NCBI GenBank assembly: GCA_951406725.2
Contig: OX597826.1
Location: 71,610,001-71,674,000, forward strand
Source of the DNA: Octopus vulgaris
Taxonomy: Eukaryota
Reading direction: 5' to 3'
Length of the DNA stretch: 64,000 bases
In this document: in pieces, positions 53,151 through 64,000 of the stretch
Layout: each line of letters opens with the position of its first letter
Position numbering within the stretch: the stretch's first letter is position 1
Notes under the pieces: generated by a model
Told to the model about the DNA's origin: nothing
Seen by the model: only the letters and a program-made list of their open reading frames with translations
Databases searched by the model: none
Program-made: the position numbers and the translations under genes

Positions 53151-54373
53151 TGGCAGTAAGCTGGCAGAAACGTTAGCACGCCAGGCAAAATGCTGAGCGG
53201 TATTTCATCTGCCGTTACATTCTAAGTTCAAATTCCGCCGAGGTCGACTTTGCCTTTCATCCTTTCGGGGTCGATTAAATAAGTACCAGTTACACTGGGG
53301 TCAATATAAGTGACTTAATCCGTTTGTCCTCTCTGTGTTTAGCCCCTTGTGGGTAGTAAAGAAATAGGTATTTCATCTGTCTTTATGATCTGACTTCAAA
53401 TTCCGCTGAGGTCGACTTTGCCTTTCATCCTTTTGGGGTCGATTAAATAAGTACCAGTTACACTGGGGTCGATAGAAGTGACTTAATCCGTTTGTCCTCT
53501 CTGTGTTTAGCCCCTTGTGGGTAGTAAAGAAATAGGTATTTCATCTGTCTTTATGTTCTGAGTTCAAATTCCGCTGAGGTCGACTTTGCCTTTCATCCTT
53601 TTGGGGTCGATTAAATAAGTACCAGTTACACTAGGGTCGATAGAAGTGACTTAATCCGTTTGTCCTCTCTGTGTTTAGCCCCTTGTGGGTAGTAAAGAAA
53701 TAGGTATTTCATCTGTCTTTATGTTCTGAGTTCAAATTCCGCTGAGGTCGACTTTGCCTTTCATCCTTTTGGGGTCGATTAAATAAGTACCAGTTACACT
53801 GGGGTCGATAGAAGTGACTTAATCCGTTTGTCCCTCTGTGTTTAGCCCCTTGTGGGTAGTAAAGAAATAGGTATTTCATCTGTCTCTATGTTCTGAGTTC
53901 AAATTCCGCTGAGGTCGACTTTGCCTTTCATCCTTTTGGGGTCAATTAAATAAGTACCAGTTACACTGGGGTCGATAGAAGTGACTTAATCCGTTTGTCC
54001 TCTCTGTGTTTAGCCCCTTGTGGGTAGTAAAGAAATAGGTATTTCATCTGTCTTTATGTTCTGACTTCAAATTCTGCTGAGGTCGACTTTGCCTTTCATC
54101 CTTTTGGGGTCGATTAAATAAGTACCAGTTACACTGGGGTCGATAGAAGTGACTTAATCCGTTTGTCCTCTCTGTGTTTAGCCCCTTGTGGGTAGTAAAG
54201 AAATAGGTATTTCGTCTGTCTTTATGTTCTGAGTTCAAATTCTGCTGAGGTCGACGTTGCCTTTCATCCTTTTGGGGTCGCTGAATCAAATACCAGTTGC
54301 GTACTGGGGTCGACCTAATCAACTGCCCCCACCCCTCTAAAAGTTTCGGGCCTTGTGCTTAGAGTAGAAAAAG
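53151..54373 (+). repeat. SINE family B tandem array: head, 6 x 168-bp units and a terminal unit, flanked by a 17-bp TSD
   Basis: Units start at 53200, 53368, 53536, 53704, 53871, 54039 and 54207. TSD aatatttcttgctgcta at 53134-53150 and 54374-54390. Confidence 0.92.
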
Positions 54374-55508
54374 AATATTTCTTGCTGCTAACACTAATCT
54401 TACAAGCAGTACTTTCATGCATCTCCTTCACAACTCTCACAAACCATTTGCTTAACAACTACATGACTACGGACTTCATGGCCCTATCAAACACTCAAGT
54501 CTAATAACTATACTATAAAGTTATGGTTTGTTCTTAGGTGCAAACTTCTCTTGCCAATCATCTTATTAACATGAGACATCTACGGTTTCACAACCTGGAG
54601 TAAACTGAATTATATCCAAACTAACTTGAATTAACTTTGGATAAAACAATTTCAACTCTATTGATGAATGGTTCATCACTTTGAGGCTACAGCAATTGAT
54701 CTTTGTTCCTCTCTCCATACATTACATTTGTCTTTGTAGTAGGATGTACTGAGATGACAAATTCCTATATTATTTGATTAGCTAACATACCTTCAACATC
54801 ACCATCATAATTAGCTTGTTTTCCATGCTGGCATGAGTTGGACGGTTTCATAGGAGCTGGCCAAGGCCAAAGACTGTACCTGGTTTCATAGTCTGTCTTC
54901 AACTTGGTTTGTACAGTTAGATGCCCTTCTGAATGTCAACTACTTTACAGTGTACTGGGTGCTTTTTATATGGTACCATGACCAGTGCTTTTTACATAGC
55001 ACCTTGGTTTTAGAACACAGGTTCTGTTGTGGTGGGTGAGTCTTCTTGCATACAGCAATGTGCCACACATCTTGCTTTGTTATCTCCTTTATTTGACTTA
55101 GCATCTCAGCAATTTTCCCCTCAACCTAATTATACTGAAGCTAACTTTAACAGCTGGTTCCACTTAGGGATAATCATTCACTGTATTTCTTACACAACAA
55201 CCTCTCACAGTTGGGCTTTCATATTGCAATCTTTTCCCTCATCCACTCTCTCGTAAGTTCACAGCATTGGCTAATGGCCCGAGATAAGTTTCCCCCTTTG
55301 AACATTTTGTCGTCCCCCATTTTATACTCTCCTTGCTTCCCCTCTAACATAATAGTTATCATTTTGCACCATTTAAAACATATTGCCAGACAGATCGATC
55401 TTTTAACTATCTTCTATTTGCATTTTACTTCAAGCCCTATTCTTTTCAGCCTAATCCTTTCGACACCCGCCTGCCTGAGAATGAACCTGATGCTATAATA
55501 TAAACTTA

Positions 55509-55877
55509 AGGCACCGAGCTGGCAGAAACGTTAGCATGCCGGGCGAAATGCTTAGCGGTATTTCATCTGCCACTACGATCTGAGTTCAAATTCTGCCGAG
55601 GTCGACTTTGCCTTTCATCCTTTCGGGGTTGATTAAATAAGTACCAGTTAAGCACTGGGGTTGATATAATTGACTTAATCCGTTGGTCTGTCCTTGTTTG
55701 TCCTCTCTCTGTTTAGCCCCTTGTGGGTAGTAAAGAAATAGGCATTTCGTCTGCCGCTACGTTCTGAGTTCAAATTTCCCTGAGGTCGACTTTGCCTTTC
55801 ATCCTTTCAGGGTCGATTAAATAAGTACCAGTTACGCACTCTCTGTGTTTAGCCCCTTGTGGGCAATAAAGAAATAG
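55509..55877 (+). mobile_element. SINE family B dimer with approximate TSD
   Basis: Head plus two units; gctataata(t/a)aaactt-like duplication on both sides. Confidence 0.8.
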
Positions 55878-56799
55878 CTATAATAAAAAACTTCCTATTT
55901 TAAAGTTATCTAAATTAAAGCCTTCCTTCAAAATTTTGTGTTAATTCGCTGCAAGCACCAGCTTAGTAAATTCATTATCTTCAAAATTAGCTGAAACAAA
56001 ACCAACATATTTCAACAGAAATATGGTAACAAGACAAGTTAATGTGATGTTCTTCAGCAGGAAAAAAGTTTGGTTCGTATAACCATCTTGCAGTTTCATT
56101 ATTTTTTCATTTTAATTCAAAGTTAATATGGGATTGTTTGGCTTCAGAGAAAGGAGACTCAGATGTGAATCAAACCTAACTGTAAACAGCTGTTCTTATA
56201 CACTTCTTGACGTTGTATGACTGATGGAGCCATTAATTACAAATGAATGGCACCATTCGAACATGATCGTTACCAACATCGCCTTACTGGCACCTGTGCT
56301 GGTGGCATGTGTAAAAAAATTTGAGCGAGGTCATTGCCAGTACCGCCTGACTGGCACGTAAAAAACACCCACTACACTCTCGGAGTGGTTGGCGTTAGGA
56401 AGGGCATCCAGCTGTAGAAACACTGCCAGATCAAGATTGAAGCCTGGTGCAGCCATCTGGTTCGCCAGCCCTCAGTCAAAATCGTCCAACCCATGCTAGC
56501 ATGGAAAGCGGATGTTAAACGATGATGATGATGATGATGAATGGATGTATTTATCCTAAAGTACCTCCATTTGCTATCACCTTTAATTTAGCCTCCATTG
56601 TCCTCCTGGGCCAGTTATTGTTACTGAGTCAATATGAAGCCAGGTTTAACTTGTATATTAAAACAAAAATCATTTTGCACAGCACTTTTTTTTTTCTTTG
56701 AGGAGAGATCAATCTAGATCAGTCATCTTCTCAAAGACTAATGAATGAGTTATATCTCGTTATCATAACAACACAAATAAAATAAAAACATACAAATAA

Positions 56800-59359
56800 A
56801 AGTTGTATAAATATTTCGATTTATTTCTGCACAGTAAAATAGTTTTCTTTTTCTCTTCAAACATGCAAATATACCACATGTGTGCAGTCATCTACATACA
56901 TACATATACACAATGACACGACCACATATATTGGTGTATACAGTCACAATTGTATACGGTCCATAAACAGACAACCATACTTTAAGGATGACATTTCATA
57001 TATCATTAGACAAAATGGTAAATTTTTAAAGGGATTTCAGTAAGATTTTTAAATAATCATAATAATAATAATAATAATAATTATAATAATAATAATAAAA
57101 AAATTACTTTGAAAAATAAAACCATTAAAATGATAATGATGATAATAATAATAATAATGATGATAATAATAATAATAACAACAATAATAATAATAATAAA
57201 GAACCAATAAAAAAGAAAATTGTGGAACAAATAAATATTATGGAATAAGATTACATGGAGCAAGGATGCAAGATTCTAGAAAGGAGGGAGAGAAAGAGAG
57301 AAGCACCATAGAGATAGCTTAAGACATAATTTTGATGATAACAACTCTTAAATGCCAATATGGCATTTTCTGCTGCTAATTTTTGTAAAATGTTGAGAGT
57401 GTAATGTTGTTGTTGTTTACTTGCACCAGACAATATTGCTAGCATTATTGTTGTTGTTGTTGTTGTTGTCGTCGTTATCTGTTGAGTGAACAACAATAGC
57501 AAAGACGAGATTGCACTCCACAGTCAACAAGACAAGTTTTTTACTTGTACTTCTCTCAGCTAGAGATATATTGATCTGTCAGTAATGAATCACTTTTTTT
57601 GTGGGGGATAAAAAAAAAAAGCAGACAGAAACAGCCCTTTTATTCATAAATACATGTATTTTTATAGTCTTTCATGCTGCCATGGTCATACTTAAGTAAA
57701 AAAAAAAAAAAAAAAAAAGGAAAAAAAAAAAATCAACAACACCAGATTTTGAATCTCATAGAGAAATGTGAGATGGTGGTGGCCATGTATTCTGTGGTGA
57801 GGTGCAGTGAGTAATTTTAGTTTTTGGTTTCATTCACTCACTCAATGTCACTTTTTTTAATTGTTCATCGGTAGACTTTGCGAGTGTGTTTTAAAAAAAG
57901 GTTTCCACCACCCCCCCTGCTCATACAGATCTTTATACAAAGTGTAATTTGGTTTTTAAAATTTTATACATTATTATATACATGTGGACAGTCCACTATG
58001 GACTAAAGTAATATTTAGCTAGACTCAACCATTCCTGTGGGGGGGAAAAGTAAGACCGCCAAACAAATGTGTTTGCTTTTTTTCTATAAATATAGATATA
58101 ATATATATATATAAATATATAGGAATGTAAAAAGGGTTTTATTTTTTAATTTTGTTAGATCTTCAGAGAGTAAAGCACTCCAGAAGTTTCTGTGTATCAA
58201 GTTAAATTGAACTGAGGCAAATCATAATTAAATAGGCTTGCTTTAGTGACGAGTGCATAGGATTGTTTTCTTCCTATGGGTTGATACTACGTTACGTCAT
58301 TTAATTATGATTAAGGGACATGTCAGGCCTTCGTAAAAGCCTGAACAGTCTTTCATTGACAAAGCACAATAGAACTTTGGTTGTTACAAGTGTCCTGGGT
58401 GATTAAGGACAGCTCACACCCTATCAATAGATTGTCATAGTTTATCCACAACACTTGAGAGAGATTGGTTTTTTCCTGCTACAAGTTACTATCAGGAGAA
58501 GTGAGAGAAAAACATAACAGTTGGCATTTTGTGTGCACATGTATTTAGCAAATGCTCAAACTGTTTAGCCCACCAGATTTTTTTTTTTTAGACTTAGTAG
58601 TTTGTTCATTCATATCTGCTGCTGTGTTGCCAAGTAACAGAGACAATCGAAATTGCATTTCATAAAACTTAGAGCGCAAAAAAAAAATGGAAGAAAAAAA
58701 AAAGGGCAGCAGAGGTTGCTGTATGTCACTCCATGAATTGCAATGGAAACTAATCTTATCGGTAATGCTGTTATTAAACTATTATTGATCTGTAAGATTG
58801 TTCAATGACAATTTTACTAGAATTATTCATTTGGACAAATTTAAACTGTTTTGAACAGATTTAAATATGCAGAATTTAAATGGTTTACAAAATAGTAAAC
58901 TAGTTGATTTTCTTTAGGAGAGTTGAGGTGTCTACTTTTCAAGAAACAAATAAATGTATCAAAAAAGTTTTTTTTTTCTGTGAAGTATTTGTTTTTTTGT
59001 TTTTTTGAAATACTGAAATCCCTCAATTAACAGAAAAAAAAAGCTCTTGGACATTTTTACAGACATTTGAAAATTTAGTTAAAACAACAATTTAGAGAAA
59101 GTCTATTAGTTGTAATATTTTTGGGAGTTTTAAATATTTTTATATTTTTTAAGCTGCCTTTTTTAAAAGTTTAATCTTTTTTTGGGAGGATACTTTGTAA
59201 CTTTTTTGTTTTTATCTTTAAAGTTAAAGAACTATCTGTTTAATAAAAAGAATAACTGGAAAAAAATTGTAATTATAAATCTTTGTCCCAGAATAAAAGA
59301 CAAGTATACTCAGATTTCCTTTGACAAAATAAAAAACAATACCAAATAAAATTCTGAGC
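56800..59359 (-). other. Probable long 3' UTR of cyclin I
   Basis: About 2.6 kb with no recognisable SINE or LINE, A/U-rich. Candidate AATAAA signals (plus-strand tttatt) near 58140, 57639 and 56820. The true end is unknown. Confidence 0.5.
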
Positions 59360-59656
59360 TTAATTTGCAGTAACTGGTTGCAGCTTCACACACTCTTCTT
59401 CTCGTTTTTGAAGTATATTTTGGCTACAACTAAGTGGTAAAACCTTTTCTGTATTGGTTGGTGGAGAGAAATACTCTTCATTATACAGGTGCTTAATGCA
59501 GTCATAAATCTCATCAACTTCGATTTGCTCGAGCCGGCGTTTCACACAAACTCGTTTCTTGTGTCCATAAATTACAGGAGGCTTTGGAAGATGGAATTTG
59601 CTGCTAAGATAGCGACTGCATTCCTCTCGGCAGTTAATGAGTTGATCAGTTGGAAC
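59360..59656 (-). CDS. CCNI: Cyclin I last coding exon, VPTDQLINCREE...KRRLEQIEVDEIYDCIKHLYNEE...LQPVTAN*
   Basis: Acceptor tttatctttgctag. Carries a motif like the cyclin I KRKVEEMEVDDFYDGIKRLYNE segment and the terminal LQPV; ends in TAA. Confidence 0.92.
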   Translation of the reverse strand, partial: VPTDQLINCREECSRYLSSKFHLPKPPVIYGHKKRVCVKRRLEQIEVDEIYDCIKHLYNEEYFSPPTNTEKVLPLSCSQNILQKREEECVKLQPVTAN

Positions 59657-60238
59657 CTAGCAAAGATAAAAATACATACATTTAACAAAAAATGACAACT
59701 GCACAAAAATATTAATTAGATATCTAGATTTCTCTGAGGTCACCCAAATTGCTAAGAACAGCAGTCACATCTCCTCAAAATGATGGATCATTCATCATCG
59801 TTTAACATCCGCTTTCCATGCTAGCATGGATTGGATGATTTTGACTGAGGGCTGGCAAATCAGATGGCTGCACCAGGCTCCAATCTTGATTTGGCAGAGT
59901 TTCTACAGCTGGATGCCCTTCCTAAGGCCAACCACTCCGAGAGTGTAGTGGGTGCTTTTTACATGCCACCGGCACGGGGGCCAGTCAGGCGGTACTGGCA
60001 ATGACCTCGCTCGAATCTTTTTACACATGCCACCAGCACAGGTGCCAGTGAGGCAATGTTAGAAAACAGAGAGGTAGTCAAGGCTGGAACGCTCTTGATC
60101 ATAGATTGGCCCTTCAAGGCCAGCCTGGGGTTAGGTAACAACTGAGTAGTCAAACATAAGGTTTGAACTCATGACCTGCTAATCAGCAGCCTATTACAGC
60201 CTCTGTATTGAACCATTCAAAAGAGAAACAAAAATACC

Positions 60239-60479
60239 TATTTCTTTACTACCCACAAGGGGCTAAATACAGAGAGGACAAACAAGGACAGACAAACGGA
60301 TTAAGTCGATTATATCGACCCCAGTGTGTAACTGGTACTTATTTAATCGACCCCGAAAGGATGAAAGGCAAAGTGGACCTCGGCAGAATTTGAACTCAGA
60401 ACGTAGCGGCAGACGAAATACTGCTAAGCATTTCACCTGGCATGCTAACGTTTCTGCCAGCTCGCCGGCTTTTTCTCAG
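60239..60479 (-). mobile_element. SINE family B monomer with 18-bp TSD
   Basis: aagagaaacaaaaatacc at 60221-60238 and 60480-60497. Confidence 0.85.
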
Positions 60480-60818
60480 AAGAGAAACAAAAATACCAAT
60501 AAGTGGAAATATTGATGGAAGGAGAGTTGTAGTAAGTCATAAGAATGACAATCATCTGCTCCAAGGTTCAACAAACATAGTATGTGCTTTTGATAACAAC
60601 ACTTTGCTCTTAACAGATTATTCTGCCAGTTACATAACAAACAGTAAGGTAGAAATTATCAATGGCAGTAGTGGGAGCATAATGTAATGAGTGTTCTGTA
60701 ACTATTAGCAATTCTTGAAATGGACTAGAATCCTATTTATGGCAAGAAATGCTGTATTTTTCTAAATAGTTTTCAGGAATGTTATCACATATGACTTACT
60801 GGAAAAACCAAAACTTAC

Positions 60819-61049
60819 CTCTGTAATTTTTTGCAGCATCATTGTCAACTGGAGCCAGGAGTGAAAGATATGAGACTCGAGTTCAAGGCTGAACACTGCA
60901 AGAACCAAAACTGATGGGCGGAAGACCATAAACCTATGATTACATAAGCATCGAAAAACCTTGGAAGTCAAGGATGCCAGCTGGTGAGACGGTGTCATAT
61001 TTCCAAGATATAGATACTGTGGGTACATAGAAAGCAACAATGCATGAAT
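60819..61049 (-). CDS. CCNI: Cyclin I exon, IHALLLSMYPQ...WLQLTMMLQKITE
   Basis: 231 nt, acceptor ttgattttcag, donor GTAAGT. Second cyclin fold. Confidence 0.9.
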
Positions 61050-61203
61050 CTGAAAATCAAAGAAATAATAATCTTATATTTCTGATGGTTTTTGATGACA
61101 AAGTCAATCAAAATATGCAGTAAATTCTTGATATATCCCCCCCCCCCCGTCTCTTAGGAAATATCCTTCCTTTGAAATAAATATTTTACAGGAATATACT
61201 TAC

Positions 61204-61344
61204 AGTGTGAAGAAAATCAATGTGGCTAACATTCCTCAAATTCCAGTCCAGTTTACCGAGAATCTCTCTCTCCATTCGCAAAATTTCAGATACACTACAA
61301 CCACATTGACTTTCAGCAGCCAACTCTCGGGTACTAGGAATAAC
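61204..61344 (-). CDS. CCNI: Cyclin I exon, VIPSTRELAAESQCGCSVSEILRMEREILGKLDWNLRNVSHIDFLHT
   Basis: 141 nt with canonical AG and GTAAGT. CGCSxSEILRME motif characteristic of cyclin I. Confidence 0.93.
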
Positions 61345-61486
61345 CTGCAAGGAAGAAAAAAAAAAAATTAATAAATAAAGAGGTGTGATTCGAGTGAGAT
61401 GTGAGTACAGCATTGGGTTAATGCCGAAATTAAATTAAGACGAATAGAAAGTCATTTCTTAGAATGTAAATAAATGTTAAACTGAC

Positions 61487-61561
61487 CTCATCTTCTTCAA
61501 TGGTTTTTGCTGCCAGAAAGAAGCAGGATACTGCGACACAGTGAAGATATTTTGGTGGTAC
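61487..61561 (-). CDS. CCNI: Cyclin I exon, VPPKYLHCVAVSCFFLAAKTIEEDE
   Basis: 75 nt, acceptor ttttgcag, donor GTCAGT. Matches cyclin I PKYLSCIAISCFFLAAKTVEEDE. Confidence 0.93.
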
Positions 61562-61779
61562 CTGCAAAAATATTGCTTAATTAACAAATTGGTTTCTTTC
61601 AACAGGAATTTTGTTAAGTTAATAGATTAAAGTAGAAACAATGTCCTAAGACAATCTATTACTAAACTGGATATGTTAACTCAGTACACTACCTAAGTAT
61701 TAGTAATATGCTGACTGATTCAGTCACCAATATTTATTCTCTGTTTAAAAACAACAGAAACATGTCTGGTCAAAAGAAC

Positions 61780-62135
61780 TTGTGGCTGCATGGTAAGAAG
61801 CTTGCTCCTCAACCACGATTCCAGGTTCAGTTCCACTGCAGAGCATCTTGAGCAAGTGTCTTCTACTAAAGCCCTGAGCCGACCAAAGCCTTGTGAGAGG
61901 ATTTGGTAGATGGAAACTGAAAGAACATTTGTATGTGTTTGTCCCCCCCACCACCACCACCACCTGATAACCAGTGTTGGTGTGTTTACATCCCCGTAAC
62001 TTCATGGTTTGGCAGAAAGAAACAGAATAAGTACTAGGCTTTAAAAAAATAAGTACAGGAGTCAATTTGTTCGGCTAAACCCTTCAAGGTGGTGCTCCAG
62101 TATGGCCGCAATTCAATGACTGAAACAAGTGATGA
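61780..62135 (+). mobile_element. SINE family A in a cyclin I intron
   Basis: Head gtggctgcatggtaagaagcttgc, tail ggtgctccagtatggccgca. Confidence 0.8.
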
Positions 62136-63202
62136 AAGGGAAACCATGACAGTAAGGTGTAACACTAACTGCAAAATAATTAGGTCAATGTCTGGTACAG
62201 CCATACTGAGTTGATCAACTACATCCTGTTAACTAATCAAGAGAATCTGGAAAAACCCGGAAAGTTAACGACATCCTGAAAAGCTAAACTTAGAAAATAT
62301 GAATTATTAAATTTAACCTGTGTGACTCATTATTTAATAATGTAGGTAGTCTGACTATTATCAAGAAGGTAACCAATATGACCTTTAAATTGAAGGAACA
62401 GGTTTCTGTGGTGGTGGTTCTATGAATGAAAAGAACTCGAGTAGGGTCTTTGATGTGGTCTTGCAGCCAACAATTCTTAAGCAGAGCACAAACCTTCAAG
62501 AGATTTCTGATGGAAGTTGCTTCATCAATTAGACAAAATCAGGTCTAAGGTAAACAAAGCTTACTGACTGAAAATAATACATAACTGTTGCAAGTTTTTA
62601 TCACTTATATTAATTGAAATTGAGCTCAAGCTTGATACCTTGAGTTTTAAGAGTAGTTCCCTGTTACTTTTCTCTAGGTATATGAAAAGATGATAACTAA
62701 GCCTCCACTCATTCAAATGATGAAGTAGATCCAATTTACAACAAAATGAACTGGGCCAACGAGAGCAAAATGTTTTGGCTATTGACACAGAAAAGCGACC
62801 ATGATGGAATTTTGTCTAATTTTAATGAAATACAGTCACCTCTGCTGTCCTTGAAGAAGTTGCTAACTCAGTCAACTGTAGTTACAATTCTTTGCAAATG
62901 TCTGTCCAAGTTTGAAGAACTATTCAATCAAATGATTGAATGGTTCTAAAACAAGATGGACGAGAAGGAGAAATGGAAAGAAAGCAGCTTGATAGATTAT
63001 AACAGCCATGAGCAACCTGCAGCTTTAGAGACTTTCTGAGTGGCAGACCTAATGAAAAAATTACTGCAAATCGTTTTAGCAGTGTACCTAGCCTCGTGAT
63101 GAGCCATTGTCTCAAATGGTTTGCTTCTCGAAAAAGATTGCTACTGCCTGGATAATAATAATCACAAAACAACAAAATGAAGTCAAAAGGATTACAACGT
63201 AC

Positions 63203-63331
63203 CTTAACAGAATTAAGGAATCGATCCAATATGTTCAGTGTCAAAGAGACAGTTTCCGGAGTGAAGTGGAAGTTTCTGTTAACACTAACCAACCATGAAG
63301 CAGCCCAGTCTCTCTGAGAGCCTGTAACACT
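63203..63331 (-). CDS. CCNI: Cyclin I exon (cyclin box N-part), SVTGSQRDWAASWLVSVNRNFHFTPETVSLTLNILDRFLNSVK
   Basis: 129 nt, phase 0/0, acceptor ttaatttcag, donor GTACGT. QRD..W, PET and LDRFL motifs. Upstream exon(s) lie outside the window. Confidence 0.92.
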
Positions 63332-64000
63332 CTGAAATTAAGAGGAGGCAGATAATTAATTAATAAGCTTAAAAGTAGAAGAGCTGCATGTACAAAAAAA
63401 TCCACATATCAATGTAATTAACTAGTATCAGAAACAGCACATTAATTATATTCGTTAGACAAAGTGCTACGTTAGTTTATTTGAAAGAGGTTTTATTCTT
63501 AATACAACCTTAATCTTAACGGAAAGGTTGAAAAGATTTATAATATTTAATGAAGAGAGAATGTCAATGTTGTGATGTAAAGTCTTTGCCAAAGGCATCA
63601 ATGGATTGAAGTAGCTAAAGTTGGTAAGAGAAATCTATTCAGGGAATGTTTGGGTTAACCAAGAGTAGAGTTCTTCGTTCTAAACCGCTCCTCACTCCAA
63701 GAAGAAGATTATCAAATTCTCCCATGAGTCAAAAGACAATAATAATAAATCATTTGAGCGTATCCTTTACTAAAAAGGTAATGTGAGCAATAACCCATTG
63801 TTGGATATCGCTTATAAGGAAAATCCAATCAACTCACTATATTTATGTATGTGTGTGTGTGTGTATATATATAAAGGCACATGGCCTATTGGTTTCAGTG
63901 TTGGACTCATGATCGCAAGATTATGGGATCGATTCCTGGACAAGGTAGCACGTTGTGTTCTTGAGCAAAACACTTTACTTCACGTTGCTCCATTCCACTC

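Noticed and set aside
53200-54373. Regular array resembling CRISPR
   Set aside because: Units are near-identical end to end with no unique spacers, the context is eukaryotic, and it is SINE-derived.
62924-63202. ORF-track extension of the cyclin exon
   Set aside because: Read-through past the donor at 63202 into intron.

Overview
AT-rich, microsatellite- and transposon-dense animal DNA; the SINE families and gene structures are typical of octopus (taxon inferred from repeat content). Three protein-coding loci, all on the minus strand: (1) an intronless-CDS ankyrin-repeat/SOCS-box (ASB-type) gene at 9488-10981; (2) the first two coding exons of an NXT (NTF2-related export protein, p15) gene at 32186-32209 and 25167-25253, missed by the ORF track, with an ETS/YY1-type promoter at about 32.2 kb; (3) five exons of cyclin I at 59360-63331, whose 5' end lies beyond the window. 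I could not find NXT exons 3-4, so the ASB ORF appears to sit inside NXT intron 2 on the same strand, possibly sharing its promoter. The rest is tRNA-derived SINEs (two forming precise tandem arrays), CR1-group and RTE LINE remnants, TTAA (piggyBac-like) MITEs, mariner derivatives, a Helitron and several long inverted repeats. Repeat boundaries are approximate and only representative SINE copies are listed. Comparisons with human proteins are from recall, not from a search.
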